Of a stretch of DNA of 64,000 bases, positions 10,050 through 17,716 are shown piece by piece (within the stretch, counting starts at the first letter, position 1; every line of letters begins with the position of its first letter). Both the position numbers and the translations under genes were made by a program. Below the pieces are notes generated by a model. That model saw only the letters and a program-made list of their open reading frames with translations, ran no database searches and was not told the DNA's origin. The stretch lies in assembly GCA_965222605.1 (NCBI GenBank), contig OZ244960.1, forward strand, positions 960,001 through 1,024,000. The letters run 5' to 3'. Origin of the DNA: Candidatus Latescibacterota bacterium. GTDB taxonomy: Bacteria; Latescibacterota; UBA2968.

Positions 10050-12155
10050 ATGGCCAATTTAGATATTAAAAACCTGGTGAAGGAACTGTTTCCTAGCAGC
10101 GTGAAGGACCCGGGGTATCAAAGGTATTTGGAAGGCTTCATTGAAGAAGGATTAAAAACTGAAAATTCTTATAAATTTCAACATCTTACATCTATTGTCA
10201 TTGAAAATTTCAAGTGCATCGGCGATGCCGTAACTATTCCCATTCGTCCCATCACATTGTTATTTGGAAAAAATAGTTCGGGTAAATCAACAGTGTTACA
10301 GGCACTACGTTATGGCTACGAAATGTGGCAAGGTAAATTAGCCAGCCATATATCAATGAGCGGTGGCTTTAATATTGACTTTAGTGATTTTCCTTCCCTG
10401 GTACATGGCCATGATCTGGACAAAAAAATTCGAATTCGTTTCGAATATACCTTTGATTTCGATACCCAATATCCTACTTATGAATTTAGCGAAGTGGTAA
10501 CAGGTTGGAAAGATGGACAAGGCAATATCGTGTCATGGTTATGGGGAATGAGCAAGAATAATGAGGAACTGATTCGTTGTTCCTTTGATAGCTTAGAAGC
10601 CCACACACCTGATACGATATTTGGCTCAAATGGTGAGGAATTGATCTGTTTGAAAGAAAAAAAAGGGTTCCCAAAGCTTTCTCCAGAAATATATGTGAAT
10701 ACTAATAATATTCATAAGGATTCTATAGATTTCCAGTTAAATATAATTAGGTATAAATTGCTGCATCAGCAAGAACTTACAGAATCCTCTAGCGATATTC
10801 AACATTTGGGCCCATTCCGTGAAGTGCCCCAAACGCTTGATAACTCATGGGAAAAAGGAATTGGAGCCTGGAATACTCTCGCGCGTGATCCGGAATTGCT
10901 AAAAGAAACAAATCGCTATATGAGAGATATTTTGAAACTTGGATACACCATCAGTGATATCACACTTGATAGTCAAGAAAAGTCAAATATCACGCTTGAT
11001 ATGAATAGTGAAATCATGGAAAAGTTAAAAAAAATTTGCAATTCTGAAGACATAAAAGTTGATGAATTAAAAAAACAGGTTTATGATCCTCTTGTGCTAT
11101 TATCTCGCCAACCTGTGATTAAACTTCATGACGAAAACGAGAATATAGAAGTTGGTCTCTCAGATATTGGTGTTGGTATCGCCCAAATTATTCCCGTTGT
11201 GGTGGGGACATTAGACGATAGCCACGGAATTTTTTTAGTTGAACAGCCAGAGCTTCACATTCATCCTGCTGTTCAAGTGGCTTTGGGCGATGTATTCATT
11301 GACAGTATAAAAACTAAGCAACTGTTTTTAGATGATTCTCAATTCATACAAGAATGGGCTCATTCTTTTCTAGCCGGAGACGAGACCTATAAGAAATTTC
11401 GCTCCAAGTTTATCTCCAAGCTAGAAAACAGTCCGGACTTCCTTGAAAAGAAAAAAAATATCAATAACCCTGCTTCTTTTTATAACATTTCCTCTAAGAT
11501 TGGCGGCCTCATAATAGACAGCATAAAAATTGGGCAAGAGTGTTTTGATTTTTCTCTATCTTTGCAAGAGGCTTCAGATAAATTTCTCTCCAAAATGGAA
11601 AATAGCTTTGATTTTTCTCTATCTTTGCAAGAGGATTCAGATAAACTTCTCTCCAAGATAGAAAACAGCAAGGAAGACCTACTTGATATTAAAGGACGGA
11701 CATTTAGAAAGGAAGATCTACTTGAAAGCGTCAAAAATATCAATGATCCTGCCAATGATCCTGCTTTTTATTCTAAGATTATTGACCTCATAAAAGACAG
11801 TCATCAGGATATTCTAATAATTGCCGAAGGGTTAAACAAAAAAGTGAGAGAATTAGGCAAAAAGCATAGAAAAGATCTCTTAAGCATGGGTAAAAATAGT
11901 AATCGCACTCTACTCATTGAAACGCATTCAGAGCACCTGTTACTGAGGATTATGAGGCGGATGCGTGAGACGTTTGAAGACAGGATTGTAGAAAATCACT
12001 TCCCCGTAACCCCCGATGATATCGCAGTGCTATTCGTCGAAAGGCATGATTCGCAAACAATCATACGGGAAATGCCTGTTAATGAACGTGGAGAATTGGT
12101 AAAAGCCTGGCCGGGCGGTTTCTTTGAGGAAGATATAGAAGAGGTATTTGCTTAA
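10050..12155 (+). CDS. ABC-type ATPase (AAA_15/AAA_21, C-terminal DUF3696-like), module 1
   Basis: IENFKC, Walker A GKNSSGKS, DIGVGIAQIIP, VEQPELHIHP, IETHSEH and terminal WPGGFFE motifs. Confidence 0.85.
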   Translation: MANLDIKNLVKELFPSSVKDPGYQRYLEGFIEEGLKTENSYKFQHLTSIVIENFKCIGDAVTIPIRPITLLFGKNSSGKSTVLQALRYGYEMWQGKLASHISMSGGFNIDFSDFPSLVHGHDLDKKIRIRFEYTFDFDTQYPTYEFSEVVTGWKDGQGNIVSWLWGMSKNNEELIRCSFDSLEAHTPDTIFGSNGEELICLKEKKGFPKLSPEIYVNTNNIHKDSIDFQLNIIRYKLLHQQELTESSSDIQHLGPFREVPQTLDNSWEKGIGAWNTLARDPELLKETNRYMRDILKLGYTISDITLDSQEKSNITLDMNSEIMEKLKKICNSEDIKVDELKKQVYDPLVLLSRQPVIKLHDENENIEVGLSDIGVGIAQIIPVVVGTLDDSHGIFLVEQPELHIHPAVQVALGDVFIDSIKTKQLFLDDSQFIQEWAHSFLAGDETYKKFRSKFISKLENSPDFLEKKKNINNPASFYNISSKIGGLIIDSIKIGQECFDFSLSLQEASDKFLSKMENSFDFSLSLQEDSDKLLSKIENSKEDLLDIKGRTFRKEDLLESVKNINDPANDPAFYSKIIDLIKDSHQDILIIAEGLNKKVRELGKKHRKDLLSMGKNSNRTLLIETHSEHLLLRIMRRMRETFEDRIVENHFPVTPDDIAVLFVERHDSQTIIREMPVNERGELVKAWPGGFFEEDIEEVFA

Positions 12156-12270
12156 TGGCTTTATTTTCTGAGTATGCTGTAACACCTGATGTATTTAATG
12201 AGAGTTGTTATGATTCGCCAGCATTATGTGACGTATATTTTAGACAATTGCTGGAAGTTTTTTTTACTGA

Positions 12271-13196
12271 GAAGCTGTTTTAAAACTATTGTGAGTGAAG
12301 AAAAGGGTTGAAAAAGCGTATTCATCTGTCCAAATTTAGGTTAGCAAATCACCCTAAAAAGAAAGGACAAAGATGAATACGCAAAGGCAATATCCGACAA
12401 ATGTCACCCAAGCGCAATGGCAACTGCTGATCCCCTTGCTGCCCAAACGCAAATGGCGAAAAGGAGGTCCCGGACGCCCTCCTGCCAATTTGCGCCAAGT
12501 GTTCAATGGCATCCTGTATCTGACGAAGACCGGCAGCCAATGGCGCATGCTACCCCATACCTTCGGCTGCTGGCAGACCGTGTATGGCTATTTCAATAAA
12601 TGGCGCAAGCAAGGCATCTTTGAGCAGGTGCAACAGGCACTCACGCGGCGAGAAAGAAAACGGCAGGGACGTAAGCCTACCGCATCAGCAGGCTGCATTG
12701 ACAGCCAAAGTGTCAAGACAGCAACACAAGGAAAATCAAAAGGTTATGATGCTGGCAAAAAGGTCAATGGACGCAAACGCCATCTTCTCGTTGATACCCT
12801 CGGACTCGTCATCAGCACCTATGTCTCGCCTGCTGATCTCCAAGACCGTGATGGCTTAAAGAAGGTGCTCAATCAGTATTTTGACACGGGAGAGACACGC
12901 TTACGCAAGCTATGGGTTGATGGCGGCTATCGAGGTGAAGACCTCAAGAAATGGGTCGCTGCTAAGAAGCAGACGCATAAGATTGATCTTGAGGTTGTCA
13001 CCCCAAAAGGCAAAGGCTTTCAACTCGTCAAACGCCGGTGGGTCGTCGAGCGCACCTTTGCTTGGTTATTTAATTTTCGCCGACTATCAAAGGATTATGA
13101 AGACTTGACCGACAGTAGTGAAGCCTTTATTTACATCGTTATGATTTACCTCTTAATCAACAGACTCGCTTAAGCGAGGGGTTTTAAAACAGCTTC
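12271..13196 (+). mobile_element. IS5-family insertion sequence, 926 bp
   Basis: Perfect 16-bp TIRs GAAGCTGTTTTAAAAC (12271-12286) and GTTTTAAAACAGCTTC (13181-13196). TGA target duplication at 12268-12270 and 13197-13199. Confidence 0.95.
12373..13173 (+). CDS. IS5-family DDE transposase
   Basis: YPTNVTQAQW, IDSQSVK, GYDAGKKVNGRKRH, WVDGGY and RWVVERTFAW motifs. Confidence 0.95.
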   Translation: MNTQRQYPTNVTQAQWQLLIPLLPKRKWRKGGPGRPPANLRQVFNGILYLTKTGSQWRMLPHTFGCWQTVYGYFNKWRKQGIFEQVQQALTRRERKRQGRKPTASAGCIDSQSVKTATQGKSKGYDAGKKVNGRKRHLLVDTLGLVISTYVSPADLQDRDGLKKVLNQYFDTGETRLRKLWVDGGYRGEDLKKWVAAKKQTHKIDLEVVTPKGKGFQLVKRRWVVERTFAWLFNFRRLSKDYEDLTDSSEAFIYIVMIYLLINRLA

Positions 13197-14063
13197 TGAG
13201 GGTCTCGTTCGAAATCTTCGCAATGGCGAATGGCAAGCGTTCTTTTCAACCCATGCAAGACCCTGGCACTCCCGTATAAAGCATATTTTGAAAAATTTGG
13301 CTGACGCAGGTCGTTTAGTACCAAGTGATCCAGCATTAAGTCATACACCTCAGACTGATCATGAATGGTGCAACGAGGCACTGGCTTCGCATGACACCTC
13401 ACCTTTGAATGGCATTATAGTAAGTGATGCCATTCGAAGTACCTATCGCAGAAATCAGTTGGTTGAAAGTGTAAATAGACTATCTCAATCTACCTGCGCG
13501 TGGTGGGAACCCACAAATAGCTCGCTTCGGTTAAAGCGCACTATCTGTCAGTATAAAAAAGCTCTTAAGCTGATTCTTAGGCATGCAAAATCCATTATGT
13601 TTATAGACCCCTATATTTATCCAGCACAAAGCAACTATGCTGATTTTGTACAATTGATTAAAGCAGCGAGTAATAGACCGCCACAATCACCACGACCAAT
13701 TGTTGAGATACATAGCAAAATTCGTAACATCTCTGGAAAAAATAGGGAAGATACTCGTCAGATTATGGAAAATACTTTTCGAAACGGGTTTGGCCCAGTT
13801 CTTTCGCAGTCAAACTTAAAAGCAGAAGTTTTTATATGGGACGATTTTCACGATCGTTATCTGATTAGCAATTTAGGCGGAATACTGGTGCCCCATGGAT
13901 TCGACACATCAACCAGTTCTAACCTGACAACATGGTCACGGCTTGGACGGTTAGATCGAGATGATGTACAGCGCGAATTTGCTCGCGAGAGTAATAAACA
14001 CAAACTGCAGTTTAATTTTACGATACCGTGAAATTGGGATTTATCGTGAAACCGGTTTACTAC

Positions 14064-14095
14064 ACGGTGAGTGTCGAGAGATACTCACCGTTTTT
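14064..14095 (+). terminator. Intrinsic terminator after module 1
   Basis: ACGGTGAGTGTC-GAGA-GATACTCACCGT stem with a GNRA loop, followed by a T-run. Confidence 0.7.
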
Positions 14096-14350
14096 GTTTG
14101 TGTATGAGAGCCAAAATATGGAGGCTTCAGAAATAACGGTCCCACGGCTGTCAGATCAATCCGGAGAGAACGGCCATTCAAAAGAATAAAAAAATTTACT
14201 CTAATACAAGAAATTTTACTCACAATGCCATCCTATCCTGATTAGCAAAGTTGCCAGACACGACTTTTATCGCATTCACGGCACGGAAATTGGCACGAAA
14301 TAAACAAAAAATGAAAAATTTTTATCAAAAGATCAAATTTTAGATCGAAT

Positions 14351-14366
14351 TGGCACGAAATATGCT
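14351..14366 (+). promoter_or_regulatory. Sigma54 -24/-12 promoter (copy 2)
   Basis: TGGCACGAAATATGCT. The 21 bp at 14349-14369 are identical to 9844-9864. Confidence 0.8.
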
Positions 14367-14493
14367 TAAGTAATTGGCACGACTACAGTGGAGATGTTCG
14401 GAAGTGGATCAAGACCGATGCCCACAGGTAGAAACGTCAAATTATCAGCAGAAATTTGTGTGTTCTGATGGACACAACGCAGGGAGTATTGTA

Positions 14494-14805
14494 ATGAGTA
14501 TTTTTCCGAGAGGGCGACCCAGCCGACAGGCACCGCCCAATAGACCTGGGATATACCGGTTTATATGCAAGCTGACTGGAAGAGTTGATTATATCGGCGA
14601 AGCTGTAAATATAGCACGCAGGATAATTGAGCATCTTCAATCAACCAAACCCGTATCGCGTGATACCCACTATGTCGAATGGCAGGCGGCAGATGGCAGA
14701 AGCACATCAAGAACCCGCCGAGAATATGAGCGAACTAAAATTAACAAACACAAACCACGACTGAACAAGAGAGGCGGGGGTGGAGGCCGAAGGGCCAGAC
14801 GATGA
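14494..14805 (+). CDS. Small GIY-YIG nuclease family protein
   Basis: PGIYRF...DYIGEA..IARRIIEH...E...PRLN motifs. ATG 14494 follows AGGGAG. Confidence 0.75.
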   Translation: MSIFPRGRPSRQAPPNRPGIYRFICKLTGRVDYIGEAVNIARRIIEHLQSTKPVSRDTHYVEWQAADGRSTSRTRREYERTKINKHKPRLNKRGGGGGRRARR

Positions 14806-14872
14806 TTTGCAGCACTACTGGTGCCCCGGCGCTTTAAAATATAAAAGGAGCACCGAGAGGAGGTGATGTTCT

Positions 14873-14959
14873 ATGGGTACGCTGATAAAATTGTGTTTGC
14901 CATACCTCATTCCGTTAGCTATAGATGTGATCGGAAACTGGTCGCGCATCAAGCGGTAG
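14873..14959 (+). CDS. Putative 28-aa hydrophobic/amphipathic peptide (type I toxin-like)
   Basis: Perfect SD AGGAGGT (14858-14864) 8 nt before the ATG. Translation MGTLIKLCLPYLIPLAIDVIGNWSRIKR. Flanked by hairpins. Confidence 0.5.
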   Translation: MGTLIKLCLPYLIPLAIDVIGNWSRIKR

Positions 14960-14978
14960 AAGGGGCGATGGCAGTGTC

Positions 14979-15004
14979 AGAGACGGGGAATCTTCCCCGT
15001 CTCT
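14979..15004. terminator. Strong hairpin, probable terminator
   Basis: AGAGACGGGGAA-TC-TTCCCCGTCTCT perfect 12-bp inverted repeat. Confidence 0.6.
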
Positions 15005-15136
15005 TGAAAAAATTCCTTGACAACTCGGCGTGTTGTTTGAAGAATTGAGTGGTATGTTGACCTGTTCTACAGAAACCAATTCATTATCAAACTCAAGGGT
15101 CCGTATTTGAACTCTTTTATCAAATGGTAAGAAATC

Positions 15137-16516
15137 ATGGATATTCCCAATACTGAAATCATTAAGATATTATCTCAACAAGGTCGTGGCCGTATTACAT
15201 CTATCACCATTGAAAACTTCAAGTGCATTGGCGATGCCGTGACCATTCCCATTCGCCCTATCACCTTGTTATTTGGCAAAAACAGCGCGGGCAAATCAAC
15301 AGTGTTGCATGCACTGCGCTATTGGTTCGAAATTTGGAATGAGACTTGGTATAAATTGACCGAGCAAAACACTCCCGAGCGGAGTGCTATAGAAATGAGT
15401 GGAGGCTATACTATTGACCTTACAAATTTCCCTTCCCTGGTACATCGCCATAATTTGGATCGGAAAATTCGCATTCGCATCACCTATGCTCCCAATGTCA
15501 CAGATAAGCAAAATCAAAGTTATCATCTTCTATGGAATGAAGTAGTAACGAGTTGGAAAGAAGAAGACACCCATGTCGAGTCAGTTTTATTGGGATGTGT
15601 CATAAATGGCGAAGAAATGTGTTTCATCATTTCAGGGGAACCGTCCAACGATGCGGTGGTTAATCCGAATGGCAGGGTATTGATTCCTAAAAAGCTGGAT
15701 GCATCCGGTCAGTCTTCTGGCATGGCTTTAGCCATCGGTACAGCTTTCGGCGCAGCTTTTCCGATACTCGGCATAATAGCAGGTTTTGAAGGGTTGAGTA
15801 GTCGGCAAAAACCTCAAACGCCGGATGCTATTCAACATTTGGGGCCATTCCGAGAATTGCCTCCTCCCCATTATGACAAACTCCAAACGTCCGATGAATT
15901 GCAAAATAAATTGCGGCGATGGGAAAAGGGATTAGGAGCTTGGGATACCCTCGCACGAGACCCCAAAGTGATCAAAAAAACAAACCACTATATGCAAGAT
16001 GTTTTGAAACTTGGATACAGCATTAATCATTGGAAACGCAATTCCACTAATCTTGAGCAGTGGCCTTGCCTTCATGATGAAAACAATGATATAGATGTTC
16101 ATCCTTCAGATGTTGGTGTTGGTATTGCCCAGATCATTCCAGTTGTAGTGGGTGCGTTAGACGACGACCAGAACTCTATAATTTTTGCGGTTGAACAACC
16201 AGAACTCCATGTTCACCCTGCCGTTCAAGTGGCTTTGGGCGATGTGTTTATTGACGGCATAAAAAATGGCAATCGCACTATGCTCATCGAAACACATTCT
16301 GAGCACTTGCTGTTGCGATTGCTGCGACGTGTGCGTGAGACAACAGAAGGAGAACAAACAGATTACAAATTGACACCCGACGATCTATCTGTGGTCTATG
16401 TCCGACCAACGCCAGCAAGAGTTAAGTTCACCGCAATCAGTGTAACGGATGACGGCGACTTCAATGTACCTTGGCCGGAAGGCTTCTTCGACGAGCGAGT
16501 GAAGGAGCTTTTCTAA
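15137..16516 (+). CDS. ABC-type ATPase (AAA_15/AAA_21, DUF3696-like), module 2, paralog of 10050-12155
   Basis: Near-identical IENFKCIGDAVTIPIRPITLLFGKNS.GKS. Also VEQPELHVHP, IETHSEH and WPEGFFDE. Confidence 0.85.
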   Translation: MDIPNTEIIKILSQQGRGRITSITIENFKCIGDAVTIPIRPITLLFGKNSAGKSTVLHALRYWFEIWNETWYKLTEQNTPERSAIEMSGGYTIDLTNFPSLVHRHNLDRKIRIRITYAPNVTDKQNQSYHLLWNEVVTSWKEEDTHVESVLLGCVINGEEMCFIISGEPSNDAVVNPNGRVLIPKKLDASGQSSGMALAIGTAFGAAFPILGIIAGFEGLSSRQKPQTPDAIQHLGPFRELPPPHYDKLQTSDELQNKLRRWEKGLGAWDTLARDPKVIKKTNHYMQDVLKLGYSINHWKRNSTNLEQWPCLHDENNDIDVHPSDVGVGIAQIIPVVVGALDDDQNSIIFAVEQPELHVHPAVQVALGDVFIDGIKNGNRTMLIETHSEHLLLRLLRRVRETTEGEQTDYKLTPDDLSVVYVRPTPARVKFTAISVTDDGDFNVPWPEGFFDERVKELF

Positions 16517-16518
16517 GG

Positions 16519-17514
16519 ATGATCTGTGAATATGCATTGGAACCAGAACTTGTCGCAACTTGGCACGACCGTGAACGCTTCCGTTATTTTAGCGAACGAT
16601 TCGGCTTTGACTATGATGGCCGCGCAACAGGCCGTGTGATGGCTCAATATCCCAGTAATTGGAAAAAACGGGTTTGGGACGCATTTGCTACAGACTCTGG
16701 ACAACCACCTGCTGAATCCTTTGCTAAGCGAAGACGGGTCGAAATTTTGCTGGAACAGTTGGGGAGAATTCATGTCCGCCGCTCCGGCAGCGTGTGGAAC
16801 GATCAATACACTTGGCTGGAAAATGCTGAAGAAGAGAATAAGCGTCGTCCATTTCATGCGATCTTGGCATACGACAACCCCCACAACAACTCTCGGGTCA
16901 TGCTTGAGGACGATGTGCTGAAGATACCTCCACCTCCAAATTGGCTCGCGCCTCTTGAAACTCCGGTACTTAGAACTGCGACTTCGATGGCAACCCGCCT
17001 CGAGCCAATGCTGCGCTGTGCAACGCGCATCCTTTTCATTGACCCACATTTTAGTGCGTCGGAACTGAGATTCCGAAATCCTTTGGAAGAGTTCCTAAAA
17101 ATCATTTGTGACGGTAGCCGTAAGGTCACACTCGAATACCACACCATGCACAACGATCAAAAACCGGCTTGGAACCTTTTTTTAAGAAATTGCCAAACAA
17201 AGCTCCCGCGTCTCATTCCCCGTGGTTTCACACTCACAGTCCGCCGTTGGGAAGAACGAGATGTTGGAGAGGAACTTCATGACCGCTATATCCTCACCAA
17301 CATCGGTGGCGTAGCGATTCCTAGAGGTCTCGACGAAAAAGAAGGTCTCGACGAAAGAGACCGAGGTACTATTGATATCTTACGTTTAAGCTTCGAAACT
17401 TGGCAGCAACGGTTAGAAGAGTACGGTTACTACAATTCTGAACCTATTTTTGATCCAGAGAGATCCGCTTTCGATATGGAAGGAGAGGTATGTATTGCGG
17501 GCACGAAGGTATAG
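16519..17514 (+). CDS. Partner of ATPase 2, PLD-like/MIT_C-type HDR protein (intact)
   Basis: ATG 2 nt after the ATPase stop. N-terminus MICEYALEPELV is homologous to the module 1 partner. Contains ILFIDPHF and LHDRYILTNIGG. Confidence 0.75.
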   Translation: MICEYALEPELVATWHDRERFRYFSERFGFDYDGRATGRVMAQYPSNWKKRVWDAFATDSGQPPAESFAKRRRVEILLEQLGRIHVRRSGSVWNDQYTWLENAEEENKRRPFHAILAYDNPHNNSRVMLEDDVLKIPPPPNWLAPLETPVLRTATSMATRLEPMLRCATRILFIDPHFSASELRFRNPLEEFLKIICDGSRKVTLEYHTMHNDQKPAWNLFLRNCQTKLPRLIPRGFTLTVRRWEERDVGEELHDRYILTNIGGVAIPRGLDEKEGLDERDRGTIDILRLSFETWQQRLEEYGYYNSEPIFDPERSAFDMEGEVCIAGTKV

Positions 17515-17626
17515 AGATATAAGATACAAGAAGCCAATTGAGACTTGCGTGAACAAAGGGCTGGAAGTGTTCGGGGCAAGTCTCTTTTTTAAAAAATTGA
17601 GGATGGAGAATGGGCGGGCTGACAAC

Positions 17627-17656
17627 TGCGGGCGGGCACAGGGGCACCGCCCCTAC
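17627..17656 (-). repeat. GTAG-type REP element
   Basis: 30 bp identical to 40556-40585. Minus strand reads GTAGGGGCGGTGCCCCTGTGCCCGCCCGCA. Confidence 0.7.
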
Positions 17657-17716
17657 TCCTTCCACGCCTTTTATCTGCGTTCATCTGCGTTCATACTCGC
17701 TACGCTACGTTGTAGG

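Larger units (their letters stand above)
12155..14031 (+). pseudogene. IS5-interrupted partner gene of ATPase 1 (PLD-like/MIT_C-type HDR protein, 315 aa when restored)
   Basis: ATG overlaps the ATPase stop (TAATG). Joining 12155-12270 to 13200-14031 restores one frame (MALFSEYAVTPDVF...FFTE-GLVRNLRNG...). Contains IMFIDPY and FHDRYLISNLGG. Confidence 0.85.

Noticed and set aside
13288-14031. 247-aa ORF as an independent gene
   Set aside because: It is the 3' fragment of the IS-split gene. The TTG start is an internal Leu.
14863-15048. 61-aa ORF from the track
   Set aside because: Its start overlaps the SD and it runs through a strong hairpin. The 28-aa frame at 14873 fits the SD spacing better.
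10050-17514. Naming the modules PARIS, Septu, Gabija or Menshen
   Set aside because: The partners lack visible TOPRIM, HNH or UvrD motifs and no DUF262 gene is present. An HMM search is needed to decide.
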